Positions 6,837 to 14,589 of a DNA stretch of 21,361 bases are shown one piece after another. The notes below the pieces were generated by a model, which was not told where the DNA came from, did no database searches, and saw nothing but the letters and a program-made list of their open reading frames with translations. Within the stretch, counting starts at the first letter, position 1. Every line of letters starts with the position of its first letter. The position numbers were made by a program, and so were the translations under genes. The stretch covers positions 1 to 21,361 of the forward strand of contig JAZDOG010000063.1 of assembly GCA_043798915.1 (NCBI GenBank), read 5' to 3'. This DNA comes from Pseudomonadota bacterium. Lineage in GTDB: Bacteria; UBA10199; 2-02-FULL-44-16; JAAZCA01.

Positions 6837-8179
6837 ATCCGCCTCCATAATTGTTTGGCCAGTTTTCTCGCCTCTTTCGCCACCAGTTCCTCGTCGACCC
6901 CGGCGATTTTGAAATCGCGCATCCTGACTGCGCCGCCGACGATCGCCGTGCGGACCTCGGCGTCGAGCGCGCCGAAGAGGCAGTGCCACCAGGCGTTCTT
7001 TGACGTGATTTCGGTCGGCGGGATGGCGTTTGAAATTATGACGTCCGCAGCGGCGCCCTTCTCGATCGAGCCGACTTTCAGGCCGAACATGTCGGAGACG
7101 ATCTCGGGCGCGGTATCCCACAGCGCATCCCGCGCCTCCAAGGCCCCGGCCTGCGCGTCGCGCGCGCCGATTCTGTGCAGAACGGAGGCGAGCCTCAAAT
7201 CCCCCGCGATGCCTGCGCTCATCCCGTCGGTGCCGACGGCCACGGGGATATTGCGCCGCCGCATCTCGAGGAAGGGTGCGATGCCCACAGCGTTTCCGAG
7301 GTTAGAGAGCGGGCAGTGGACGGCGGTGGCGCCGGACGCTTTGAGGATCGCGATGTCGCGGGAATCGGCGTGGACGCAATGGACAGCGAGCGAGTCCGGC
7401 CTCAAGATCCCCCTCTTCGCCAGCCTCGCGACGGGCGAGGAGCCGTTGAGTTTTTTTGTGGCCTTCACGTCCTCCACACCTTCCGCCACGTGGACGTGCG
7501 CACCGACTTCATAGATTCCCATGAGTTCGCGCGCGGCGTCGAGAGTGCCGTCCGAGAGCGTCATCGACGCATGCAGCCCCACCATCCCGCGCTGCAGAAA
7601 ACCTGGCGCCCGCTCGCGCCGGTGAGCGGCGTTCTCGAGCCAGAGGCCGGACTCGGCCAGGGCTTCATCGCGAGCGCGCTTGCCGGCGCGGTCCGATATC
7701 TCGAAGCAGAGCGAGGCGCGGACGCCGATCTCTGCCAGCGCCTCGGATATGCTGCCCAGCGAGCCGGAGATCGCGCCATAGCTAGCGTGGTGATCGATCA
7801 AGGTCGTGACGCCGGAGCGGATCGAGCTGATTCCACCGAGGAGCGCGCTGATGCGGATGTCGTCGGGCGACAGCGCACGGTCGAGCTTCCACCAGAGCCC
7901 CTCGAGAATTCTGCCGAACGACGGCATCCTTCCGACGGGCATCCCGCGGGCAAGCGCGCTGTACAGATGCATGTGGGGATTGATGAACCCGGGCAGAACG
8001 TAGCGGCCGCCGGCGTCGATGACCCGGGACTTGAGACCTGAGACTTGAGACTTGGGGTTATTCGGGCCGACTTCGGAAATTCTGCCGCCGCTGATATGGA
8101 TGAAGCCGTCGGGATAGACCGGGCCTTTGCCGGTTATCACGCACGCGTTTTTGATTATTATGTCTGCTGAATTGGGCAC
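6833..8179 (-). CDS. ssnA: SsnA-like metal-dependent aminohydrolase
   Basis: PGFINPHMHLYSALARG, LWWKLDRAL, GVTTLIDHHAS, GLHASMTLSD, HVHVAEG and GTDG match the SsnA/chlorohydrolase pattern; GTG start. Confidence 0.85.
   Translation of the reverse strand: MPNSADIIIKNACVITGKGPVYPDGFIHISGGRISEVGPNNPKSQVSGLKSRVIDAGGRYVLPGFINPHMHLYSALARGMPVGRMPSFGRILEGLWWKLDRALSPDDIRISALLGGISSIRSGVTTLIDHHASYGAISGSLGSISEALAEIGVRASLCFEISDRAGKRARDEALAESGLWLENAAHRRERAPGFLQRGMVGLHASMTLSDGTLDAARELMGIYEVGAHVHVAEGVEDVKATKKLNGSSPVARLAKRGILRPDSLAVHCVHADSRDIAILKASGATAVHCPLSNLGNAVGIAPFLEMRRRNIPVAVGTDGMSAGIAGDLRLASVLHRIGARDAQAGALEARDALWDTAPEIVSDMFGLKVGSIEKGAAADVIISNAIPPTEITSKNAWWHCLFGALDAEVRTAIVGGAVRMRDFKIAGVDEELVAKEARKLAKQLWRRI
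8028..8055. repeat. Four tandem 7-bp units inside the ssnA-like gene
   Basis: GACTTGA GACCTGA GACTTGA GACTTGG. Confidence 0.8.
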
Positions 8180-8185
8180 GGACGC

Positions 8186-8214
8186 GTTCTAGCCTCGCGC
8201 GCCGCCCTTGGCAA
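8186..8214 (-). promoter_or_regulatory. Putative promoter of the catabolic operon (possibly leaderless)
   Basis: TTGCCA (8214-8209), 17 nt, TAGAAC (8191-8186), then 6 nt to the GTG start; no Shine-Dalgarno. Confidence 0.4.
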
Positions 8215-8233
8215 GGGTCATGTTGTGCCCGGC

Positions 8234-10399
8234 TCAAAATGGGGCGATGACAGCCGCGGCTGGGACAGCAAACGGCATCGCCGCCCCGCCAAAATAAACC
8301 GCCTCACTCCCCGTCATCGAGGAAGGGACACCATTTTCGCCACTGACAGCTCGCTCACGGGCGATCCTCGCGGCGAGGCTCGGCCTCTTTTTTCCTTCCA
8401 CGTGCGCCCGATGATACAGGCTGACTCCGGATACGCCGGCGACGATGATCCCGCCGCCGCCCTCCGCGGCCGGGCCTGCGGAACCCCCCGAACCGTTTCC
8501 ACCCGTCGGCGATGAATCGATGATATCCCCCTTGCGCGGGATGACTGTGAATCTGGTGCCCGCGCCTTCTTCGGAATCGACTTCAATCCTCCAACCGAGT
8601 TCCTCGGCCGACCTTTCCGCAAGCCAAAGGTAATTAACTTTTTCTGCGCCTTTCTTCCATGCCCCATTGAGATCCGCTATCCACTTGCCGTTGTCCTCGA
8701 CGACGATGGCCTTTTTTCCCTTGTCCCACCAGACCCTCACGCCGCGCTCCGAGCGCGCAGCGTCATAACGATCCGCAGCGCTCCGAGCGAGACCGAGGAG
8801 AATCTGATCCGCCCTCTCAAAAACGAGCCCATCCCTGTAGCGAAGGCCATGTGGCAGATCGACGTCAATCCTCACGCCTGACTTGAAAGCCTGGACGGCC
8901 ACCGGGAGGAGAACCTGGGTCGTTCGGTCGCGGAGATTGAGGGTCCTGCGGTCGTATGTGGCGAAGTCCGAGAGAATCTTGAGGACCCTCGCCTCCCCGG
9001 TTTTAGGAACGGCCCCAAGCGCGACAAGGCGCCTGAAGAGCTCGCCGTGGACCCGAACCACAATTTCCGTTTGCGAATCAAGGGCATCGCCAAACACCCT
9101 TTCAAAGATGAACATAAGCGTCCAGGCAGGTCCAAGCCATGTATCGCGCGCGTATCGAAGAGCATCTTCCCGGCTCTTGCCGCCGGCCATGACGCCCGGG
9201 GCTATCCTTGCAAAGACACCATTGAAAAACCCCTTCGCCCGCTGTTCAAACTTATCGGGTTTGCTTATGCCCAAAAGCTCTCTCAGGAAATCGCCATTGA
9301 CCGGCAACTCCCTGGCCGGGCCGGCAAGGATGGAATCACTCGATGCGATCCGAGTAATAAAATTGGCCGATTCCTCATCTCCGCTGGCAGCGTATACCGC
9401 AAGATCAGCCAGGCCATCTCCCAGGGCTTTTACACCTGGAAACGTCGCCGGCAATTCGGTTGTGAGGAGCTCTGCGGGAAAACCGTCATCCGGGCGAGGA
9501 ACTGCAGCGACTGACACAAGGGTCGCAAAGCGTTCTGGAGAAATTCCTGGTCCCGCGCTCCAATCGCTCATGTCTATCTCCAGGCGAACTGTGGTCCCGC
9601 GGCCTGGCTCCGACTCGACCTCGGCCTTACCCCCAAGCGCTTCAGTTGTCGCTTCGGGCGCATTTCGCCGAAGCAGATTCTCCGTATCCTCCAGAATTTT
9701 ATCGTCCGAACGAGAGTGCGTGCCGATCAGCTCCAGGATCATGTTCGCGAAAAGGGCAAAATGGCCGAAGAGCATCTCCTTGAAGGAGCGGTCCCTTGGG
9801 AATGATGCGTCGAAGATGCGGCTGGCCACCCACAGCGGCCCCCGCGCGATCTCCTCTGCGTATACGACCGCACGGGCCCTCCCTTCGTTCCCGGACATGA
9901 TCTCATCTGCGATCCTCAATTTGACGCCTGTGTAAAACTCTCTCACCATTTGGCGAAACACGCCCGGGTCGGGCTCGCTGTGGAGGGACTTTAAAAAATG
10001 GAGGCTCTCGCTGGTGCGGAGCGCCGTGCCGGCGAGCAGGGCGTTGCTTTTGGCAAGGCTGTGCAGCTCCTGCTTTTTGCTATCATCATCCAATGCAGCG
10101 ATGGAGAGTTTGGAGAGCTCATCCACGAGATATTCCAGCTCATCCCTTTCTTCCGGCAGATTCCTTACGGAGAGCGCCGACATGATTTCCTCAGGCGAAC
10201 CAAAAAGCCTGCCGCTCCACCAGACGATCCCCCTGCCATTTGCGTCTCCAAAGACAAAGCGTTGATGCATGATGCCACTCGGGACATAGCTGTCGACTGC
10301 TGCGCCTTGAGGCTCGCGTGGCTGGTCAGACTTCGGCAACAGCCAGGCAGGCAATATGCTGCGCAAAAATTTCCCCACAGGACCCGACTTCATTCCCAT
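8234..10399 (-). CDS. Large hypothetical protein (721 aa): two ~105-aa repeat modules, degenerate HATPase_c domain, Gly-rich linker and conserved C-terminal tag
   Basis: Long ORF with AGAGG ribosome-binding site; IVVEDNG and LGWRIEVDSEEGAGTRFTVIP resemble histidine-kinase ATPase boxes; paralogous to 10419..12575. Confidence 0.8.
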   Translation of the reverse strand: MGMKSGPVGKFLRSILPAWLLPKSDQPREPQGAAVDSYVPSGIMHQRFVFGDANGRGIVWWSGRLFGSPEEIMSALSVRNLPEERDELEYLVDELSKLSIAALDDDSKKQELHSLAKSNALLAGTALRTSESLHFLKSLHSEPDPGVFRQMVREFYTGVKLRIADEIMSGNEGRARAVVYAEEIARGPLWVASRIFDASFPRDRSFKEMLFGHFALFANMILELIGTHSRSDDKILEDTENLLRRNAPEATTEALGGKAEVESEPGRGTTVRLEIDMSDWSAGPGISPERFATLVSVAAVPRPDDGFPAELLTTELPATFPGVKALGDGLADLAVYAASGDEESANFITRIASSDSILAGPARELPVNGDFLRELLGISKPDKFEQRAKGFFNGVFARIAPGVMAGGKSREDALRYARDTWLGPAWTLMFIFERVFGDALDSQTEIVVRVHGELFRRLVALGAVPKTGEARVLKILSDFATYDRRTLNLRDRTTQVLLPVAVQAFKSGVRIDVDLPHGLRYRDGLVFERADQILLGLARSAADRYDAARSERGVRVWWDKGKKAIVVEDNGKWIADLNGAWKKGAEKVNYLWLAERSAEELGWRIEVDSEEGAGTRFTVIPRKGDIIDSSPTGGNGSGGSAGPAAEGGGGIIVAGVSGVSLYHRAHVEGKKRPSLAARIARERAVSGENGVPSSMTGSEAVYFGGAAMPFAVPAAAVIAPF
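8381..8492. repeat. Near-identical DNA segment shared with 10551-10725
   Basis: 8381-8458 vs 10551-10628: 78 bp with 3 mismatches. 8453-8492 vs 10686-10725: 40 bp identical. Confidence 0.95.
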
Positions 10400-10418
10400 G
10401 TCCTCTCTAACAGCCGTA

Positions 10419-12575
10419 TTACGGGACTACTGCGGGGATCGGTGGTGCCACAACAGCACCGCCGACAAAAACCGCCGCGCTATTTTCAAAAGGGCCGTCT
10501 GTTCCGTCACGATGAGCAGCCCGCTCGCGGGCAAGCCTCACAGCGACACCCGGCCTCTTTTTTCCTTCCACGTGCGCCCGATGATGCAGACTGACTCCGG
10601 ATACGCCGGCGACGATGACCCCGCCGCCTGCCTGCCCCGACGCCGCTGCCCCCGATGAAGGAACCGGCGCAGCGCCGCTTCCCGCGCCGCCGCCCTCCGC
10701 GGCCGGGCCTGCGGAACCCCCCGAATTGCTCCCGCCCGGAGCCTTCGGTGGTTTTGTCGCTTCATCGCCGGTCTCGATCGCATCGGCACGCCTTGCCGGC
10801 GCAGCCTCCGGCAGAAAGTGCTTGATGAATTCGATGAGCGGGCCGGGGATGATGTGGTCGAGCGCCCACGCGACTCCAGCGGCTCCCGCGAGGGCAAGGC
10901 CCGATGCGATGGAAATGGTCGCATCGGCCGGGCCGTAGGCCGCCTGCCCGCCTGCTGCCAAAGCCTCCGCAGGCGCATCCTCCGGCGCGGCCTGGGCCAT
11001 GCGCCGGCTAAGACTTGTGCCGCGATAGGCGCGCGCGCCCTCCGCATCGGCCTTCTTTTCCGTGATGCTTCCCGGCGGCGGCACGATAATAACGGACCCC
11101 GATCTATAGATCAGCCTCCACTCCTTTGGGAGTTCGACGGAAGAGAGATCCGGAATTCGACCAGTCGATGCGACGACCTCAATGCCGCCCGCCTCACCGA
11201 ACTTCACCCATCCGATCTTTATCGTCCGATCGCCGGAGAGTTTTTTGTCGGCGGCTATTGCGGAGCGGACTATCGACCGAAGCGGCGCGTCGAGGCGCGA
11301 CGCCGATTCCGCGTCTTTGAAGCCGAGGCTGGAGGGGATATCGAATTCGACTCCGATCCCGGCCCTCTGTGCTTCAAAGAGCTCCGCGCCCAGCGCGCCG
11401 ACGGCGCGGCTGTTCAGAGATGCCACGGCAAAGAAGCTGTGCAGAAAGCTCGTGGAGCCAAGCCATTCCCTGAGGGCCTCTTCGGAGGTCAATGAGGGAT
11501 CCTGTGCAGTGTTTTCAAGCATGGCATACATAGCGATCTGCGTGCCAGCGAGATTCGCCTCCATGTCGCTGCGGTCAAAACCCATGCGATCGTACAGCAG
11601 CTTAATCGCCGCAAAAGGCCCGCGCGCCATCTCCATCGCGCGCGTCCTCGCCTGCTCTGAGGCGTCGCCGCCGGAGGCGATTCCCGCTGCCATCTCGACT
11701 GCGGCCCTCCGGTAGAGATCGAGGGCCCGTGAGTTCCACTCCGCAGGATCGGGGGCTAAGGCCACGCGCCTCATGATCTCCAGATGCTCGATCACGCGCG
11801 CGGCGGTCCCGGCGAGCGCCGCGTCGCTTCCAGCCAGCCACCGAAGCGCCTCGAGCGCCCCGGCGTCGCCGCGGACCGCGGCGGCCGAGAAGTGGGCCAG
11901 CGTCCTGAAGGCCCCAGAGCTGCGTTCGTAGAGACCCTCCATCCGTCCGCGCAACATCAGCTCGCGCGGCAAACGGCCGGGGGGTTGCTTGGGGAGGCCG
12001 GAGCCGGGGATTGGACTCGCACGGAAATCATCCGGGCCGGCGGGGGGATCGGCGCGGTCGAAGCTTCTGATAAAGAGATCAAGGATGCCGTGTGAGAAAA
12101 AACCGCTATGAACGTCGCTCCCCCCGAGAAGCGAGTCGTCTTTATTCGCAAAGCGCCGTGAGTATATGAGGCGCGCCGCCCACAGCGGACCCAGAGCGAA
12201 GTCCCTGATATACGCACCGCCCAGCTCGCCGTCCGCGCGGTAGCTGGTCGCGCCAGGCTCCATAATCGTTCCGCCGGACCCCATCATGAACTTGCCATTG
12301 ACGCGGGCCATGAACTTTTCCGGTTCGTCCATCCCGAGCAAAAGCTCGAGGTCCTTTCGGCTGTCGAGGATTCTCCGCGCGGCGCCTGCAAAGGGCGATT
12401 CGCTGACCGCGATCTCCTCGAGCCTTCGCGCCGCACCCTCGCTGCCATCCGCCATCTCCATGGCGAGCCGGGCAAGATCATCCGCAGTTGGCCCGCCGGA
12501 GAAGGCCCGCAGCGCGACTGATGCGCCACCGGCCAGAAACGACTCGGCAATTTCGAATATCGACTTTATGCCCAT
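10419..12575 (-). CDS. Large hypothetical protein (718 aa), paralog of 8234..10399
   Basis: Same MG(I/M)KS start, same repeat module twice, a more eroded HATPase-like segment, Ala/Gly/Pro-rich linker and the same C-terminal tag. Confidence 0.8.
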   Translation of the reverse strand: MGIKSIFEIAESFLAGGASVALRAFSGGPTADDLARLAMEMADGSEGAARRLEEIAVSESPFAGAARRILDSRKDLELLLGMDEPEKFMARVNGKFMMGSGGTIMEPGATSYRADGELGGAYIRDFALGPLWAARLIYSRRFANKDDSLLGGSDVHSGFFSHGILDLFIRSFDRADPPAGPDDFRASPIPGSGLPKQPPGRLPRELMLRGRMEGLYERSSGAFRTLAHFSAAAVRGDAGALEALRWLAGSDAALAGTAARVIEHLEIMRRVALAPDPAEWNSRALDLYRRAAVEMAAGIASGGDASEQARTRAMEMARGPFAAIKLLYDRMGFDRSDMEANLAGTQIAMYAMLENTAQDPSLTSEEALREWLGSTSFLHSFFAVASLNSRAVGALGAELFEAQRAGIGVEFDIPSSLGFKDAESASRLDAPLRSIVRSAIAADKKLSGDRTIKIGWVKFGEAGGIEVVASTGRIPDLSSVELPKEWRLIYRSGSVIIVPPPGSITEKKADAEGARAYRGTSLSRRMAQAAPEDAPAEALAAGGQAAYGPADATISIASGLALAGAAGVAWALDHIIPGPLIEFIKHFLPEAAPARRADAIETGDEATKPPKAPGGSNSGGSAGPAAEGGGAGSGAAPVPSSGAAASGQAGGGVIVAGVSGVSLHHRAHVEGKKRPGVAVRLARERAAHRDGTDGPFENSAAVFVGGAVVAPPIPAVVP
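10551..10725. repeat. Second copy of the shared C-terminal-tag DNA, with 63 extra bp
   Basis: Direct alignment with 8381-8492; the extra 63 bp lie between GCCGCC direct repeats (10623-10628 and 10686-10691). Confidence 0.95.
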
Positions 12576-12608
12576 GACCGCCTTCTATTGATAGAGGCCG
12601 ACAACCCC

Positions 12609-12635
12609 TTATCGGCGTTGGCTCAAAAAAGTTGC
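12609..12635 (-). promoter_or_regulatory. Putative alternative-sigma (sigma28/FliA-like) promoter
   Basis: Minus strand GCAACTT-N12-GCCGATAA, 33 nt upstream of ATG 12575. GCCGATAA is the exact FliA -10 consensus; the -35 is not the enteric TAAA. Confidence 0.55.
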
Positions 12636-12651
12636 GTGAAATTTTCGTTAA

Positions 12652-13671
12652 TTATTGTCTTCCCTTGCCCTCGATCTGATATTCCCGGACGCCCTGCATG
12701 TGCTCAGCCAGGGTAGCGGTGAAGAGGTGGGTCCCGTCGTTCTTCGACACGAAAAAGAGGTAATCGCTCTGGGCAGGGTGCAGGGCCGCATTCAGCGAGG
12801 CCTTGCCGGGATTGCATATGGGCCCGGGCGGCAAGCCCGGATGGACATACGTGTTATAGAGATGCGGGTTAGTGATATCCCCTTTATGTAAATTGCCGTC
12901 AAAATTGGGCAGCCCGTAGATGATCGTCGGGTCGCTCTGCAACGGCATCTTGTTCTTCAATCTGTTCATGAAGACCGAGGCGATGAGAGGGCGCTCGTTG
13001 GCCGCCCCCGTCTCCTTCTCGATGATCGAGGCGAGAGTCACGATGTCTTTCTCCTTCATCCCCGTGGCCTTCAGCGCGGCGCCATCGAGCGTCTTCCACA
13101 CTTCGCGGAAGCGCGCGACGAGCCTCTTTATCAGCGCCTCGGCGGTGACCGGCTTCGAGATGAGATATGTGTCGGGAAAGAGATAGCCCTCCAGGGAGTT
13201 CACCCCGGCAAACCCCAGCTGCGCGATGAATGTGGGATCGCGGGCCAAAAACCTGAATCGCGCTGCGATATTTGACCCTGCCGCAAACGGCCCCCGTTCC
13301 AGCGTCCGCGCGGTATCCTCCATCGTCTGGCCTTCGATGATCGTGAACGGATATTGCTTCACCTCGCCGCGCGCGACTTTTTTGAACGCCGACATGAGCG
13401 TCGTGCCAGCCTCGAACTCGTATGTCCCGGCGCGCAACTTTCCGCCGATCCCCCTGAACCTTGCAAGGGCCACGAAGAGGGCCGGCGTGCGGATGACATT
13501 CTGTTGTGCGAGATCCGCGGCTATCCTGTGCACGGAAGAGCCGGGCGCGATCTCGACCTCAACGGTCGCGGGCGAATGCCACTGCGTGGCAGCCGTGTAG
13601 AGCGACACCCCCACCACCGCCACGGCAATGAGCGCGACAATCATTACTCCGGCCAGGAATATCCTGAACAT
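12652..13671 (-). CDS. mltG: Endolytic peptidoglycan transglycosylase MltG (YceG)
   Basis: N-terminal TM anchor, LEGYLFPDTY, LASIIEKET (catalytic Glu), MPLQSDPT, YNTYVHPGLPPGPICNPG, YLFFV. Confidence 0.97.
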   Translation of the reverse strand: MFRIFLAGVMIVALIAVAVVGVSLYTAATQWHSPATVEVEIAPGSSVHRIAADLAQQNVIRTPALFVALARFRGIGGKLRAGTYEFEAGTTLMSAFKKVARGEVKQYPFTIIEGQTMEDTARTLERGPFAAGSNIAARFRFLARDPTFIAQLGFAGVNSLEGYLFPDTYLISKPVTAEALIKRLVARFREVWKTLDGAALKATGMKEKDIVTLASIIEKETGAANERPLIASVFMNRLKNKMPLQSDPTIIYGLPNFDGNLHKGDITNPHLYNTYVHPGLPPGPICNPGKASLNAALHPAQSDYLFFVSKNDGTHLFTATLAEHMQGVREYQIEGKGRQ

Positions 13672-13688
13672 GCAGCCTCCTGTGGATC

Positions 13689-14141
13689 TTAGCCTTCGTT
13701 CCCTTCAGCCGCCGGCGCCTCGTGCGCCCTGAGGTAATCCTCGAGTATCGCGACTGCAGCCATCTTGTCGATCACTTCCTTGCGCCGCGCTCGGCTCACG
13801 TTCGCCCCGATGAGCCGTTCCTCGGCGATGGCGGTGGAATAGCGCTCGTCCCACATCTCGACCAAAACCTCGATGCCGGATGACTTCAGATGCGCCTCGA
13901 CGCGCTCCGCAAATGCCTTCACCTTTGCCGCCTGGACCCCAACCCCGCCCTCCTCGTTGAGCGGGATGCCGATGACTATGTGCTCTGCCGCAAGCTTGCG
14001 GCAGAGCGAGGCTATCGCTTCCAGGTCGCGCACACCCCCGCGGCGCTTGAAGACGCTGACCGGCTGCGCTGTCCATCCAAGAGGATCGCTCACGGCAACC
14101 CCGATGCGCTTGGTCCCTATGTCGAGACAGAGAATTCTCAC
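13689..14141 (-). CDS. ruvX: YqgF/RuvX family nuclease (150 aa)
   Basis: Start moved to GTG 14141: RILCLDIGTKRIGVAVSD, VIGIP, WDERYST, IDKMAAVAILEDYL; typical ruvX-mltG synteny. Confidence 0.95.
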   Translation of the reverse strand: MRILCLDIGTKRIGVAVSDPLGWTAQPVSVFKRRGGVRDLEAIASLCRKLAAEHIVIGIPLNEEGGVGVQAAKVKAFAERVEAHLKSSGIEVLVEMWDERYSTAIAEERLIGANVSRARRKEVIDKMAAVAILEDYLRAHEAPAAEGNEG

Positions 14142-14148
14142 AAGAGGC

Positions 14149-14177
14149 ACAGTAACTTGGCGGTGTTTTTGTGGCAA
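14149..14177 (-). promoter_or_regulatory. Putative sigma70 promoter of ruvX-mltG (possibly leaderless)
   Basis: TTGCCA (14177-14172), 17 nt, TACTGT (14154-14149), then 7 nt to the GTG start; no Shine-Dalgarno. Confidence 0.55.
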
Positions 14178-14220
14178 CAACTTCTTGATTTTGCATAGGC
14201 AGCTTGGCATCAATGCAGAT

Positions 14221-14493
14221 ATGGAGCGTCTGCATCTCGTGATCCACGGCCGCGTGCAGGGCGTCTTTTTCAGGGCCAATGCTCAGAAGGAGGCGTCAAA
14301 TCTCGGGCTCTGCGGTTGGGTCCGGAACACGGCCGACGGCGGAGTCGAGACAGTGGCCGAGGGCGAGAGGCCTGATCTCGAGGCCTTTGCCGCCTGGTGC
14401 CGCCGCGGCCCCCCTCACGCCATGGTTCAGAAGGTCGATATCTCGTGGGAGGCCTCAGAGGGGATGCCTCCCGGCTTCCGCATTGAATACTGA
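14221..14493 (+). CDS. acyP: Acylphosphatase (90 aa)
   Basis: From ATG 14221: VIHGRVQGVFFR, GWVRN, GGVETVAEG, GPPHAMV, FRIEY. Confidence 0.96.
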   Translation: MERLHLVIHGRVQGVFFRANAQKEASNLGLCGWVRNTADGGVETVAEGERPDLEAFAAWCRRGPPHAMVQKVDISWEASEGMPPGFRIEY

Positions 14494-14515
14494 AAAACCC
14501 AAAGGTACGAAGGGT

Positions 14516-14545
14516 TTGACAGCACCTTGAGGGCGGGTATATAAA
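14516..14545 (+). promoter_or_regulatory. Putative sigma70 promoter of the PPIase gene
   Basis: TTGACA (14516-14521) followed after 16-18 nt by TATATA/TATAAA. Confidence 0.5.
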
Positions 14546-14589
14546 CCTGACTTCTTGATAATTATCAAAGATATCCAAAGGAGGATGAA

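Noticed and set aside
5436..7514. 692-aa plus-strand ORF and other long antisense ORFs (4418..5395, 8883..9935, 16320..17213, 16645..17559)
   Set aside because: They lie opposite longer or motif-supported minus-strand genes; stop-poor shadow frames are expected in GC-rich DNA, and they show no recognisable motifs.
8381..10725. Template/variable repeat pair of a diversity-generating retroelement
   Set aside because: The three mismatches are not adenine-specific in either copy, both copies are coding, and no reverse transcriptase is in the window.
14221..14493. Acylphosphatase as part of the carbamoyl-phosphate pathway
   Set aside because: It is 6 kb away on the opposite strand among housekeeping genes; nothing in the sequence links it to the cluster.
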